A stretch of 64,000 nt of DNA, taken from the NCBI GenBank assembly GCA_964016885.1, contig OZ024747.1:34720001-34784000 (forward strand), in the 5' to 3' direction. A program made the position numbers and the translations under genes. Positions 40,394 to 54,765 of the stretch are shown here, one piece after another; position 1 is the stretch's first letter; each line of letters starts with the position of its first letter. Origin of the DNA: Eledone cirrhosa (lineage: Eukaryota). The notes beneath the pieces are model-generated. The model searched no databases. It worked only from the letters and a program-made list of their open reading frames with translations, and had not been told where the DNA came from.

Positions 40394-42564
40394 TATATAT
40401 ATATATATATATATGTATGTATATTAACAAAATAGAACCTCATAATTGTCTGTATCTTGTTAAAATGACTTCTTTTCTAAGCAATATTCTTATAATTTGT
40501 TCTTTCTCTAAATTTTACATAGACTGTCTGATAGACAACGAATGGATTAACACCTATTGATGTAGCCACAACTGCCACAACTACAAGCCCACAAAGCTGG
40601 CATCGAGTGTCATTCGGAGACCGTCTGCTATCGATATAACACACTATTAAAGCCTGCCAATGCGTCGCATTGGTTAGTACAGTGCCTGGAATTCCTAAAC
40701 CTCTTTAACCTAACATTCACCTCATTAACAATAGCTGACTGAAATTAATTCTAGTATTGTTTTAGATGTATTCACGTTTTCTGCCCAAGGGATGGTTAGA
40801 TTCGGGTGTCAAAAATATTCAAATGATTACCACAACTCGTTCTCTCACGTAATGTATATTTTTGTCTTCTTTATCTAGTAATGTTCTACATTGTTTACAT
40901 TATATATACAATGAGGAAGTATGTGATTTAAAGGAAATTGAACGATATTTCTTGCTGATCGATCAGCCATGTAAACGTTCTTTCATAGTCCGATTTTTTT
41001 AGATATAGTGTAGAAAAATATGTTGTTTTGTTTATATAGGTTATGTAGTGTATTAGCACAATAGTTTATATAGTGTATCTCCATATATAGATTGAAAACA
41101 TATATAACATACATTTCATTCTTCTGAATATACAGTAAATTATATATTGCACACGTTGCTTTAGAAGAATTGTTTTCCCTAATTACAACTTGATACCAAG
41201 GTTTTATTCATGCGGATTTCCAATTACTGACTATGAATAGCAGTCAGTTCATTTACAAACATGGATGGAAAACTGATGTATGTTTGAGTATAGCTATTAG
41301 CTGCGTTACAGTGAAACATATCTTCAATTATGCATCTGGCTAGTAATAGATTTGTGGACATTCTTGTTTAGATTCGGAAATGAACAGAATTAAGAAAGAA
41401 AGTAAACCAAATGAAAGAATTCATCTATTTGTATGAATGTTACCATTCCTTTCTATTCTATTCAGTTGTTTTCCATTTAACATATCAGAATAGGGTCATT
41501 TTTTTTATTGTATTCATGCTCTCCAAGCAATAGAAAATTTACACTTACGCCAACAGAAATTTTCTCTGATATTCTATAGAAACTGAAGTATTGCTTTGAG
41601 AGAAATTTCAACAAGAAACCACAAAGAAATTTCATTCTGAAAAATATTCTGACGTGAATAGAAGCAAGACATTAGCTATGAACTTATAATGTGCTACGCT
41701 CTCCTTGTGATTCAATGATTGAAATATCTTTATATATTAACCTTTATCTCTTAAGTCAATGTCATTGAAAACTGATTTTTGCTTTTAGTTGTTTCTTGAT
41801 TGTTTGTGATTGTGTGTATAATGCTATGGCCCTATGTGTGTGTACTTATGAATATATTTCTATCTGTGCATTGCTATATACGCATATTTACGTGGAATAT
41901 TTTGTGTATTAGGGACAACATCGCAACCTTCGTAAATTTAACAGTAACATATTGTGAACATCTTTCATAAAATGAAAAATTCGAATTCAAAATATATGTT
42001 GTAATAGTGGTAAAAGTTGGTTTGTGACATAGAGTTATGCCCCTTTACGTTTTAAGTTCAAATCTCGCCGAGGTAATAGTTGCCTTTCAGCCTTGCGAGG
42101 TTGATGAAATAGAGAACCAGTAATACACAGGAGTCGATTTAATCAACTTTCTCATCCCACAACAAATTGTTGGCCTTGTGCTTAACTCAGAAACCTTTAT
42201 TTGCATATAGCTTTTCTTTTTTACAGAGAATAATTAATGAACGGTGTGTTAAATTATTTTGCGTGAAGGTGATGTATATCTAGCTGATTCAGTACTGATT
42301 AAATAAACAAGGAAAGGCTGAAAGATAGAGAGAGGGGGAGAGAGTGAGATAGGGAGAAGGGGGAGGGACATAGAGTGATAGAAGAGGAGGAGAAGGGAAA
42401 AGAGAAAGAAAGCTGGAAGAGAGAAAATTGTCAGAAGCAAACTAGGTAACAAGTGAAGCAGAGAAATGGGAGAGTGAGTTCGTCAGTCTATGACAGTTAA
42501 TAGCAATTATTTGCTGGTGTGGTGTCATATGAAATAAAATAAAATATTTGTGTATATGTCTATT

Positions 42565-42722
42565 GGCAGTATCGGTAGAGGGTTGGACGCCATGCTTTGC
42601 AGCAAAGAGTTACAGCACTTTATGGTCTGAGTTCAAATCCCGCCGAGGTTAACTTCGCCTTTCATCCTGACGGATACCCTGGGATAATTGCTGGCCTTGT
42701 GCCAAAAGTACAAACAATTATT
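42565..42722 (+). mobile_element. tRNA-derived SINE
   Basis: TGGCAGTATCGGTAG (A box) ... GAGTTCAAATCCCGCCGAGGTTAAC (B box) ... GCTGGCCTTGTGCC. Confidence 0.65.
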
Positions 42723-42985
42723 CTTAACACTTGAGCAGCACTCATTTCTGAAGAGTCAGTAATATTAATAATACTGAATATATATATTAAAAATAAATCT
42801 TACTTTATCAATTTCTATATCAGTCAGTAACTTTTTTTAACAATATTTCTTCGTATATTGGCTAGTTTGTTACTGTCAATATAGCCTCTGTTTTCGGGAT
42901 GTTTCTTTTTCCAGTTGATATATATCTGTTCTGTATTAGATATATTTGATGGGTAGTACATTTCAGTGTAGAAAGCCTCAAGGAC

Positions 42986-43016
<31 letters not shown>

Positions 43017-43230
43017 GGCGACCTACGTAGTAAATCGTATCATCGTGAGCTCCGCAAAGGTTTGTTATTTTCAGTTGTTTAAAATTGCCATTTATGGAAA
43101 ATTTGTATTGTTAATTGTATATAAGTGCACATACATTGTTATCTGAAAAGGACCCCCAAAACGATTGGGGCCTTGAGCCCAAAATTTAAACTGTTATAAT
43201 TATCACACACAAATTTTTCATTGAAAAATC

Positions 43231-45019
43231 ATGGACGACTCAAAGTCACTCCTTCCTCATAAACTAACACCTCACACCGACACCACCATTGTAAATATTC
43301 CTACGTTTGCCAACACTAAAAATATAAGCAGTAGCAATATTTTAAATGTGTCTCAAGCAGACATTCATTTCCCGCCATTACCAATCACTGCAGGTGTTAA
43401 AGCCGCCACCCACACCACCACCACAGCGACAACAGAAACAAAATAAAAAAAAAAATTAATGCGTGATATCGAAATGAATTCAACCAAAATGAACTCTTCC
43501 ACACCGAACACCACTGACGCCACCACCACCACAACTGAAACTAAAATTAACAATAACAAAAATAACGATAACAACAACAACAATGAAATTAAAAAAACCA
43601 CCCTGAGTTTAGCCAGAGTAGCAAAACAGTGCGAAGCATTTCAGGTAACTCAGGAGGAATTAGAAGAAGCCAAAAAAATGGTAAAGAAAGATGGGTACAG
43701 GGTCAGCCTCACCCCCCACCTAATAAAATGGAGCATCGGCGCCTATGCACCGTGTCTTATCGAACAATTAACATAAAATCGCGCCGAGTGGAACGAGCAT
43801 CCGAGTCCCAAATCCAAAAGGCTTTGGGACATGTGTGGGCAAAAAAACCACACAACAGACGTGGGCTGAAATATGGAACCGCGGACGTCTTCTTTGAAAC
43901 ACCACAGGAGGCTAGAGAACACTCCATGGCCCCATTAAGAAGTGAATACTTCACACTCGTCCAAAGCTATTGTGGCCAGAGTCTCGTAAAGATCAGGATG
44001 ACCCACGTTCCACCGGCCATCAAAATTCCCTGGCTAATAGCTGCCGTCCTCGCCGGCATAGAAGCCAACACTAAGATATTAGAAATAGCGAAAGAAAAGC
44101 AGGAAAACTGGTCCGGATCTGGGATGGAATCCTGATCCAAGCGGACCAAAAAAGCATTGAGGAGATCCCAGAGGTAATGGACCTCACTGACGTCAGCCAC
44201 CTCATCGTAATCGTCGAGGGCAGAAGACCTATGTGTGTTGTTTGTGGTGAAGGATCCCACCTAAGGGGTTTCTGCCCTCAGGCTAAAAGGTTGAGACCAC
44301 CTCTCTTACCCATCCCGGTGACTCAACCATCAACACCACCAGCAGCAGAGATGGCAGCAACAACTGTAGCAGCAACAACAGAAGCATCTGTAACAGCAAC
44401 AACCCCAGCAACAGTAGGAAAACCAACACCACCACCACCCAAACGGTATTAAGAATAAAGAAAAAAAAGAAACCAAAAAATAAAAACAATTCTTCCCTCC
44501 TCTTCCAAAAACAATATACAGAGGGAAACAAATAAATTATCAAACAAAAAAGTTAGGACAGATATGCCACCATCCACACCAGCATCACCAACCCCATCAC
44601 CACAAACACCAAAACCATCATTAACCACAACACCACCATCACCAACACCACATAGGTCACCAACAAGCGAAACAGAAACAAACCCACAACAAACGCAAAC
44701 AAAACAAAACAACCAAAACGATACACACTACACAGTATTAAATTTGAACAACAACAAATTATTACACTACATCCAACACAACACCAGCATCACAGAAAAA
44801 GACTACACAACAACCCAAAAGTTCACACCACCTCCATACATACAAATCACTCGCATCACACAGAAAACGTACATGACACTAAAACAAAGATTCCCCAAAG
44901 ACATCGGAGACTTCCGACAAGCACTCTCCAGGAGGATTTATAAGGATATCCTTCCGGAGGAGGCCACAAGCAGTGATAAGGATGGACAAACCATCCTTCC
45001 TCTACGAGAAGTAAGTTAG
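43231..45019 (+). pseudogene. Tx1 ORF1 (gag-like, CCHC), frameshifted
   Basis: Fragments 43231-43446, 43459-43776, 43629-44135, 44177-44452 and 44564-45019 are homologous to the 50168-51364 ORF and its upstream region. Confidence 0.8.
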
Positions 45020-45053
45020 GCGGTCTTTCCCATCTTTTCCACTCCATTTTAAC

Positions 45054-48000
45054 ATGACCTCACTCAGAATAGGCAGCATAAATGCGCGTTGCTTGGGGTC
45101 GTTATGGAAGCATGGCCACATGCTCAACAACCTCAGGTCACTAAACATAGATGTAGTGGCCATCAGCGATACCAGAACTCCGAAGCACGGGCGTACGCAC
45201 CGATCCTCGGCGGCTACGATGTGTACGCATCTCCCAGCCGTCCTGGATCGGGGGGAGGAGTTGCTGTGCTCTTTCGGAGATGTTTGGATCTCGCCATACG
45301 GGCCATCTTCCTGGACCCAGAAGGTAAGTTGGTGGTGCTGGACGTGACCAGCGGAGACGGGCAAGCTTTCAGGCTAGTGGCCGTCTATGCCCCGACAGGA
45401 GCAGGGCGGCCTGATTTCTTCCGGCGTCTGGAGACCTTTATTGGAACGTCCCGCGATTAGTGTTAGTGGGCGACTGGAATGGGATCTTAGATAGACGATT
45501 GGACTGTGTGGGATTAGCGGATAGGGGAGGAGGGTGTAGGAGCCTCCCCAACCTGCTCAGACGTTTTGAACTGTCTGCCAGGTACCGATTGGATTTCCCG
45601 AATGTGCCAATGTGGACTTGGACAAATCACATCTAGATAGAGTAATTTGTAGCGAAATAGATAGGTCTAGCATAGGCTGTCCACAATTCGTGATCTGTGT
45701 CCTTGACTTAGATAGGCTTGATACACGAGGACCCGGCTACTGGAAGCTAAACGCGTCCTTACCAGCGCGCAAGGCCTACAGAGACCGGATTAGCGAACTA
45801 GTTAAGCGGGCGTTGACGGGGGCCCCGGTCAACAACAAGTGGTCGTTTGCTCTGAAAGAGCGATTAGAATAGAGTCCATTAGATTTAGTAAGGCTTTAGC
45901 AATAGAGAAAAATAGAACAGAGGGAGAACTAGTTAGAAAATTAGACGCGGCGCTTAGCAAAGGCATCGCGTCCGACGTACTTGCGGCGAAATTGGGCCTT
46001 GACCAATTCTTCAATGCTAAGCACGAAGGCTGTGTTCTCATCGCTACGGTGCGTGCTCTCATACACGAGGGGACGATAGCCGTTCAATGGGCCCGAGTGG
46101 CGGAGGCGCGTCGTGGCAACAAACCAACGATCCGGTCTTTGGTGGACCACAACGGGCGCATGCTGCTCGATTCCGGGAAAATGTGTGAAGTTTTTCAGCG
46201 ATATTTCGCACAGCTGTTCCGGAGCAGCGGCAGGCCGGATCGAATGATGAACTTTAGTGTCTACCTCGACGGACTGCCGCGGCTCTTGGCTACTTAGGCG
46301 GAGTGTTGCGAAAAGCCGATAACTGCCACAGAAGTACGGGAGGCAATGACTGTTTGCACAAGGGGTAAATCGCCTGGTTTGAATGGTCTGCCTATGAATT
46401 TTATGTACAGATGCCAGACTTGTTCGGAGGCCTCTTGGCGGACGTCTACTGCAACTGGCAACAGAACGGGAGAATTCCCAGCTCTGTGAGCCGAGGAGCT
46501 GTGGTGCTGCTGAGAAAGGATCTGAACAATGGGGATAACATAGACAATTTTAGGCCCATAACTCTGCTAAACACAGGGTTCAAGATGTTGGCCTAGGTGC
46601 TAGCAAAGAGATTGGCGCTTGTTGTTGATGGTCCTGTGGGAGAGGCGAAGACATGCGCCATTCCAGACAGATCCATCCAACGACAACCTCCACCGCATGC
46701 GATACATCGTAGAGAGGGTAGCTAGGGAACCTGGCACGGGTTCGTCCTTGATCAATTTAGATCAGTCGAAAGCTTTCGATAGGGTCGACCATCGTTACTT
46801 AGCGGCAGACCTGAGGGTGGCTGGCTTTGGCCCCGTCTTCAGAAGCTGGATCGCTGCCATGCACAGCGACATCAGCTCTGTGGTGAGAGAGAATGGTCAC
46901 CTTTCGGAACCGTTGAACATCATGCGCTCGGTTCACCAAGGATGTCCCCTCTCGTCCCTCCTGTACGTATTGACTCTCGAGCCATTACTGCACAAACTGG
47001 AGACGGTCAGGGGGGTCACGCGCGAACTAGAATGCGGAATATCAATGTTAGCTTATGCGGACGATGTCACCGTAGTGGTGTCGAAGGACAAACACATCGA
47101 GGCGGTCGGCACTACACTAAAAGAATCCGAAGCGGTGACAGGAGCGATGATCAACCAGGAAAAGCCAGTGGGCCCGCAGCTCGGCATCCTGGAGAGGCAG
47201 GTCCATGTCGTCCAACAGCGTCGTCGGGCGCTGGACGGACGGACCGGTTAAATTGCTAGGTGGTCTGGTTCGGTCCGGACATCCAGACGGACAAAAACTG
47301 GGACGAGGTGACGGCAGGGTGGCTTCTCTCACCCAGAAATGGGCGGAGAGGAAGCTATCCCTGAAAGGTCTTGCGGAGGTGGCTAACGCGTATATCGTCC
47401 TAAGTCCCGCCTGACTGCGCTGGAGCGTTTGCTCTTTCGCTTTTTGTGGAAGGGACGCGCTCCGATGGTCAGGCGATCCATCTGATGTCAACACATGCTA
47501 TGTGAAGGGCTGGACATGCCGTGGCTGATGGTGCGCAGACACGCGCTCAGGCTACGAAATCTCCACCTCTTCCTCGACGGTGCTCAGCTGTGTTCGCCGT
47601 TTGCTAGACGCAGCTTTCCACAGCTCGTCTGCTTGACGGAGCTGCAGTCCAGGGTCAAGCGAAGACCGAGTGGGAGCTCTTGGAGACTGGAATCTCTTCA
47701 GGCGCTCACAGCCCTCGACCAATCGGGCAATGTGAACGGTGGAAACTCCACCTTGGCGTTCTATCGAGGATAAGTTGAGGGGAAGAGCGAGGATGTACTG
47801 TGGGAAACTCTAGGCGTCGACGAAAATCACCTAGCCAATCTCTTCTGAAGAACTTTCAGGCCGGGGCCTATGGACACTTTCCAGAAATGCCTGGCCTGGC
47901 AATGCTCCCGAGGAGCTTTGCCAGTTCGGGATAAACTCTACAGGCATGGAGGTGCCGTCAGGCGGGCATGTCCGAGATGCGCGCCGGGCGCCGAAACCGT

Positions 48001-48385
48001 CCTGCACGCACTCATCCAGTGTCCGAGCATTACTGACTTGTGGGTTTATGTCGAACACCTGCTGTCGCGTGTAGGACGGATCCAGGTATCTGCTGGGTCC
48101 ATCGTGAGGATTGCCCCGCATTCTTCCTTTAGCCGGGAATTGCAGGCAATTTTTATCTGTCTAGTGGCCATGGCGAAATAGATAGTATGGTCGACACGTT
48201 TTAAAGGGCTGAAGACGAGCACTTACCTCTTCGGTGATGCCCTGATTAACTTTTTCAAATTTCATTTGAAAAGGAAAATGAGGGTAGAGCGGGAAGTGCT
48301 CTCTTCCCAGCATCTTGTTGAAAGGTGGGTGAGAGAGGCAAGAATGGCCCGAGTGAATGGGCCTACTCTGAATATGTGTCTGTAA
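45054..48385 (+). pseudogene. Tx1 ORF2 (AP endonuclease + reverse transcriptase + CCHC), disrupted
   Basis: MTSLRIGSINAR start, VYAPT, GYWKLNAS, FRPITLLN, YADDVT. Multiple stops and frameshifts. Confidence 0.9.
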
Positions 48386-48667
48386 ATTAAAGGTAGAAAA
48401 CTGGGAGAGGGCACTTGCCCTGGTGGTCAGGGTCACTGTGGGTTTTTAATGGGCTTTCTCCACGAATGTCCCCGGAATGCTCCCCCCTATTGGGGAATTG
48501 TTTCATTGTTATATTATTACATCCTCTGTTTTTTGTTTTTTTTTACACGCAGAGATGCCCTTTTGTACCGTCCTGTATTGTTCTGTACTGTCCTTAATGT
48601 CTAATTTGTGTAAATCCTTGTGGATTATAATGACAGCATTATTATTATTATTATTATTGTTATTATT

Positions 48668-49017
48668 CCTTGAATCTCAGTCATTGATGTTAGTTAACTG
48701 GAAAGTCCGTTGGAATGAATATCAAGCCACTACGTCCAGCCTCAGATATTCAGGACGTATCGGAGGGTTCTTGCTGTTCCCAGCAAGCATGCCTTTTGAA
48801 GTGTTCCAAAAAGCGTGAAGGGGCCGATTTTCTTTAACCATCCCTGGAAACTTTTGGAGATAGTCCCCAGTGCGCCTATGACAATCGGGATCACTTTGAC
48901 ATCATGGCAGTTCCAAATCCTTTTTACCTCCCACTTTAAGTCCTGGTATCGGTTAATTTTCTCCCTCTCCTTCTCTTGCACTCTCGTGTCGAATGGGCAG
49001 GCCATATCCACAATCAT
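48668..49017 (-). mobile_element. R4/Dong-like LINE 3' fragment (restriction-like endonuclease) between (TAA)n arrays
   Basis: IVDMACPFDTRVQEKEREKINRYQDL...VIPIVIGALG...LQKACLLGTARTLR. Confidence 0.85.
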
Positions 49018-49259
49018 TATTATTATTATTATTATTATTATTGAATGCTATGGTTGACGGAGGCTCGGCTCTGTAAGGTACTGTAAATTTTGAACGCTAT
49101 AACAATTGTAAATTGTTTAAATCTTAGACCAACTTGTAGACAAAAACACCCTCCTCCTCGTGAGAGGGGTCTTTCTGCCCGTTATTTGGCCCTTCGGGGT
49201 TAAATAACTGCTTATTTGGGATTTTGTACCCAATATTTATTTTAAACAAAAAAAACAAA

Positions 49260-51364
49260 ATGGCTACGAAAAAGAATTTGCATAGGTCACTCCCACTCAT
49301 TCCGTCTTCTTCTACCTCAATCGTTACTACAGCAGAGAGAAGATTGTCTCTCTCCCTCCCTTCTTTAAATGTGTCTCTCTCCCTCCCTTCTCTTTCGGGT
49401 GACGAAAGAAAAGAAAAGTCTCGTGCAAAGCGTGCAAGGTTTCTCCACGACGACGACGACAGCGACGAAACAGGTGTGCGGGAAATACGAAAACCCAGTT
49501 CATTCGTCTGACGTCAGGAATAATAGCAGTAGCAGCCGTAATAACAACAGCAACAGTGACAATGAAAACAACAGTAGCAGCCGCAACAGCATCACCAGCA
49601 GCATAAACAACAACAGCATTAGCAGCAGCAGCAACACCAACAACGACCACAGCAACAGGGGCGGAGGCAGTAGTCGTAGTACCTGCAGCAACAACAAAAG
49701 TAACAGCAGCTCTGACGACAACAACAACAACAGCAGCAAAGAAAAACCAATCTCATTTGCAGGTATTGCGAAAAACTTGGAAACAATCCTCATAACAAAT
49801 GAGGAATTAGAGGAAGCGAAGTAGATGGTGACAAAGAATGGACACCGAGCAATCTGCAAGGCAGCGGAAAAATATTTCGAAACACAACAGCACTGTACGG
49901 TCACGTACCGTACAGTAAGTACAAAATCCCGTAGGGTGGAAAGAGCCACATAGGCTCAAATACAAAAAGCCTTGGGGTCTGTGTGGCAGCGGAAAACGCG
50001 CATCACCCGAGGCAAACAATATGCCACCGTAGACGTACTTTTTGCCACACCCCAGGAGGCAAAGGCCCAATCCGTAGTGACCCTAAGGAGCGAGGAAATG
50101 GTGTTGGTGCCCTCCTACTGCGGGCAAAAAATTGTGAGGGTTAAACTGACCCACGTCCGCCGCCGGAATGGCCCCTTCTTGGCTGGCCGCGTCTGTCCTC
50201 GTCGGAATCGAGGACAAAACAACTGTACTGCAAGTACAGAAAAAAATAAGAGAAGATTGGGTCGGCACCTCCATTGAGATGCTAATCCAAACCAACCAGG
50301 AGTCCATCGAAGCTATCCCGGATGTGATAGACTTCGATAACGGCACTCAACTGCCCATAAGTGTTGAGGGAAAACGCCCGAAATGCTTTCGCTGTGGATC
50401 GAAGACTCACCTCAGGGCCTTCTGCAACGAGAAGACCCTGAGAAAGGAGAAAACCCCCCTCCTTCCGAAACCGGCTCCACGGCTACTAGCAACAGGACAA
50501 GCGGCAACCAGGAACGATAGGTCCGTGACACCCATACCCACGCCACGGAAATCAAAAACAGCAGCAGCAGTGGAAATATTAACAACAACAACAGCAATAC
50601 CAAATGCAGCTGCAACAGAGACTCCAGTGCAAACATCACCAACAACAACAAGTGAAAGAGTGGAGCTGGTACCCCTCCCCGACCTCACAGAATCAGACAT
50701 GGAGTGTGAGGTGGGAGAGGGATGGCAAAAGATCGTAAGAAGGCACAAACGCAGAAGCAGCGCATCGTCGCCTTTGAAAAGGGGGGAAAGAAATGAGAAA
50801 AGGGTAAAGTCTACTGCAAAGAGACCCACAGCAGCAACACCACCAACACTATCACCACCCACACTAGCACCACCATCACCACCAGCGTCAACCCCACCGC
50901 CAACAACACCTTCAACACCACCACCACAAGCACCAACATCGCAACCACAACAACAAAACACACACACCCACCAACAACGACAAGAAAATAGCAGAACCAC
51001 ACCCCACCCCCAGAAAAACAAATGCACGGCAATAAATACACACAACAAGAAACTAATGAATTACATAATTGAACACACAGACATTTCACACCACGACTAC
51101 ATAATACCAGCACCAATCAAAACGCGAACTAACATAAGACTGTTAAAAATAGCACAGAAACGATACACAAACATTAAAACGAAATTCCCCAACGCAGTTG
51201 GTGATTTCAGGGACCTAGGAGGAACTACCAATCGAAGAGTATATTCAGACATTCTCTTAGAAGAGCCGACGACCAGCCGAAGGGACGATTCAACGGTCCC
51301 TTCACCAGACGATCAAGTGAAAAGGGATGTAAAAACCATCCCTCCTCTACCAAAAGTACGGTAA
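49260..51364 (+). pseudogene. Tx1 ORF1 (CCHC zinc knuckle, Thr/Pro-rich), disrupted
   Basis: Largest piece is 50168-51364. Upstream pieces are broken by stops and frameshifts. Confidence 0.82.
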
Positions 51365-51399
51365 GTGGTCTTTCCCATCTTTTCCACTCTATTTTAAAC

Positions 51400-54300
51400 A
51401 TGACCTCACTCAGAATAGGCAGCATAAATGCGCGTGGCTTGGGGTCGTCATGGAAGCAGGGTCACCTGCTCAACGACCTCAGGTCACTAAACATAGATGT
51501 AGTGACCATCAGCGAGACCAGAATCTCCGAAGCACGGGCCTTCGCACCGATCTTCGGCGGCTACGATGTGTACGCATCTCCCAGCCGTCCTGGATCGGGG
51601 GGTGGAGTTGCTGTGCTTTTTCGGAGATGTTTGGATCTCGCCATACGGGCCATCTTCCTGGACCCAGAAGGTAAGCTGGTGGTGCTGGACGTGACCAGCG
51701 GAGACGGGCAAGCTTTCAGGCTAGTGGCCGTCTATGCCCCGACAGGAGCAGGGCGGCGTGATTTCTTCCGGCGTCTGGAGACCTTTCTTGGAACGTCCCG
51801 CTCTTTAGTGTTAGTGGGCGACTGGAACGGGATCTTAGATGCACGCTGGGACTGTGTGGGATTAGCGGATAGGGGTGGAGGGTGCAAGAGCCTCACCAAC
51901 CTGCTCAGGCGTTTTGAACTGTCTGACAGGTACCGATCGGATTTCCCGTATGTGCCAATGTGGACTTGGACAAATCGCATAGGGTCATCCAGATCATATC
52001 TAGATAGAGTATTTTGTAGGGAAATAGATAGGTCTAGCATAGGCTGTCCACAATTCAAGATAGTCAGCTACACGGACCACAAATTCGTGATCTGTGTGCT
52101 TGACTTAGATAGGCTTCATAGACGAGGAACCGGCTATTGGAAGCTAAACGCGTCCTTACCAGCGCGCAAGGCCTACAGAGACCGGATTAGCGAACTAGTT
52201 AAGCGGGCGTTGACGGGGGCCATCGTCAACAACAAGTGGTGGTTTGCTCTGAAAAGAGCGATTAGAATAGAATCGATTAGGTTTAGTAAGAGGGAGTACT
52301 AGTTAGAACATTAGACGAGGCGCTTAGCAAAGGCATTGCGACCGACGTGCTTGCGGCGAAATTGGCCCTTGACCAATTCTTCAATGCAAAGCACTAAGGC
52401 TGCGTCCTCAGAGCAAGGGTGCGTGCTCTCAGACACGAGGGGACGAAAGCCGTTTAATGGGCCCGAGTGGCGGAGGCGCGTCGTGGCAACAAAGCCACGA
52501 TCCGGTCTTTGGTGGACCACGACGGGCGCATGCTAATCGATCCCGGGCAAATGTGTGAAGCTTTTCAGCGACACTTCGCTCAGCTGTTCGGGGGCAGCGG
52601 TGGGCCGGGTAGAGTGATGGACTTTAGTGTCTACCTCGACGGACTGCCGCGGCTCTCGGCCACTGAGGCGAAGTGTTGCGAAAAGCCGATAACAGCCGCT
52701 GAAGTAAGGGAGGCAATGACTGGCTGCACAATGGGTAAATCGCCTGGTTTGGATGGTCTGCCCTATGAACTTTACGTGGCGGACGTCTACTGCAACTGGC
52801 AACAGAACGGGATAATTCCCAGTTCTGTGAGCCGAGGAGCGGTGGCACTGCTGAGAAAGGATCCGAACAAGGGGGATAACATAGACAATTTCCGGCCCAT
52901 AACTCTGCTAAACACAGAGTTCAAGATTTTGGCCAAGGTGCTAGCAAAGAGGTTGGCGCATGTCGTTGGTTGTCTGGTGGGAGAGGCGCAGACATGCGCC
53001 ATTCCCGACAGATCCATCCACGACAACCTCCACCTCATGCGATACATCATAGAGAGGGTAGCTAAGGAACCTGGCACGGGTGGGTCCTTGATCAATTTAG
53101 ATCAGTCGAAAGCTTTCGATAGGGTCGACCATCGTTACCTAGCGGCAGTCCTGAGGGCGGCTGGTTTTGGGCCCGTCTTCAGAGGCTGGATCGCTGCCAT
53201 GCACAGCGACATCTGCTCTGTGGTGAGAGTGAACGGTCACCTGTCGGAACCGTTCAACATCATGCGCTCGGTCCGCCAAGGATGTCCCCTCTCGTCCCTC
53301 TTGTACATATTGACTCTCGAGCCATTACTGCACAAACTGTAGACGTTGAGGGGAGTCCCGCGCGAACTAGGATGCGGAAGATCCGTGTCAGCATATGCGG
53401 ACGATGTCACCATAGTGGTGTCGAACGCCAAACACATTGAGGCGATCGGCATTACACTAAGAGAATACGAAGCGGTGACAGGAGCAATGATCAACCAGGA
53501 AAAGTCAGTGGACCTGCAGCTCGGCACCTGGAGAGGCAGGTCCATGCCGTCCAACAGCGTCGTCGGACGCTGGACGGACGGACCGGTTAAATTGCTAGGG
53601 GTCTGGTTCGGTCCGGACCTCCAGACGGACAAAAACTGGGACGAGGTGACGAGCAGGGTGGCTTCTCATACCCAGAAATGGGCGGAGAGGAAGCTATCCT
53701 TGAAAGGTCGAGCGGAGGTGGCTAACGCGTACATCGCGTCTGTCATCTGCTACCGCCTGACCGTCGTACCTTGTCCTAAGCCTCGCCTGACTGCGCTGGA
53801 GCGTTTGCTCTTTCGCTTTTTGTGGAAGGGACGTGCTCCGATGGTCAGGCGGTCCATCTGTTGTCAACACCCGCTACGTGGAGGGCTGGGCATGCCGTGG
53901 TTGATGATGCGGAGGCACGCGCTCAGGCTACGACATCTCCACCTCTTCCTCGACGGTGATCAGGTGTGGTCGCCGTTTGCTAGACACGTATTTCCCCAGC
54001 TCGTTTCCTTGACGGAGCTGCAGTCCTGGGTCAAGCGAAGACCGAGAGGGAGCGCCTGGAGACTGCAATGTCGTCAGGCGCTCACAGCCCTCGACCAATC
54101 GGGCAATGTGATCGGTGGAAACTCCACCTCGGCGTTCTATAGAGGATTAGTGGGGGGGGGGGATGAGCGACGACGTACTTGGGGAAACTCTAGGCGTCGA
54201 CGAAAATCAACTAGCCAATCTCTTCGGAAGAACTTTCGGGCCAGGGCCTATGGACAACTTCCAGAAATCTCTGGCCTGGCAGTCCTACCGAGGAGCCTTG

Positions 54301-54765
54301 CCAGTTCGGGATAAACTCTACAGGCATGGAGGTGCCGTCAGCTGGGCATGTCCGAGATGCGCGAAGGTCGACGAAACGGTCCTGCACTCACTCGTCCAGT
54401 GTCCGAAAATTGCTGACTTGTGGGTTTATGTCGAACACCTGCTGTCGCGTTTAGGACGGATCCGGCTATCATCTGAGTCCATCGTGAGGATTGCCCCGCC
54501 CTCCTCCTTTAGCCGGGAAGGGCAGGCAGTTTTTATCTGTCTGGTGGCCATGGCGAAAGAGATAGTATGGTGGACACGTTTGAAAGGGCTGAAGACGAGC
54601 ACTTACCTCTTCGGTGATGCTCTGATTGACTTTTTCAAATTTCATTTGAAAAGGAAAATCAGAGTAGAGAGGGAAGTGCTCTCTTCCCAGCATTTTGTTG
54701 AAAGATGGGTGAGAGAAGCAAGAATGGCCCGAGTGAATGGGCCTACTCTGAGTATATATCTTTAA
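51400..54765 (+). pseudogene. Tx1 ORF2 (APE endonuclease, RT, C-terminal CCHC), disrupted
   Basis: 51400-52302 APE (GDWN, YLDRV, TDH). 52467-54314 RT (KSPGLDGL, LDQSKAFD, RQGCPLS, YADD). 54163-54765 CPRC...H...C. Confidence 0.93.

Larger units (their letters stand above)
43017..48636 (+). mobile_element. Tx1/L1-clade LINE copy 1 (decayed, near full length), flanked by (TTA)n
   Basis: ORF1 with CVVCGEGSHLRGFC knuckle. ORF2 with APE, RT (LDQSKAFDRVDH, QGCPLS, YADD) and CPRC...H...C. Confidence 0.92.

Noticed and set aside
42744-42794. CUGAAGA plus CAGUA/UACUG hairpin plus UAUAUA, hammerhead-like
   Set aside because: The GAAA box is absent. At best a dead remnant.
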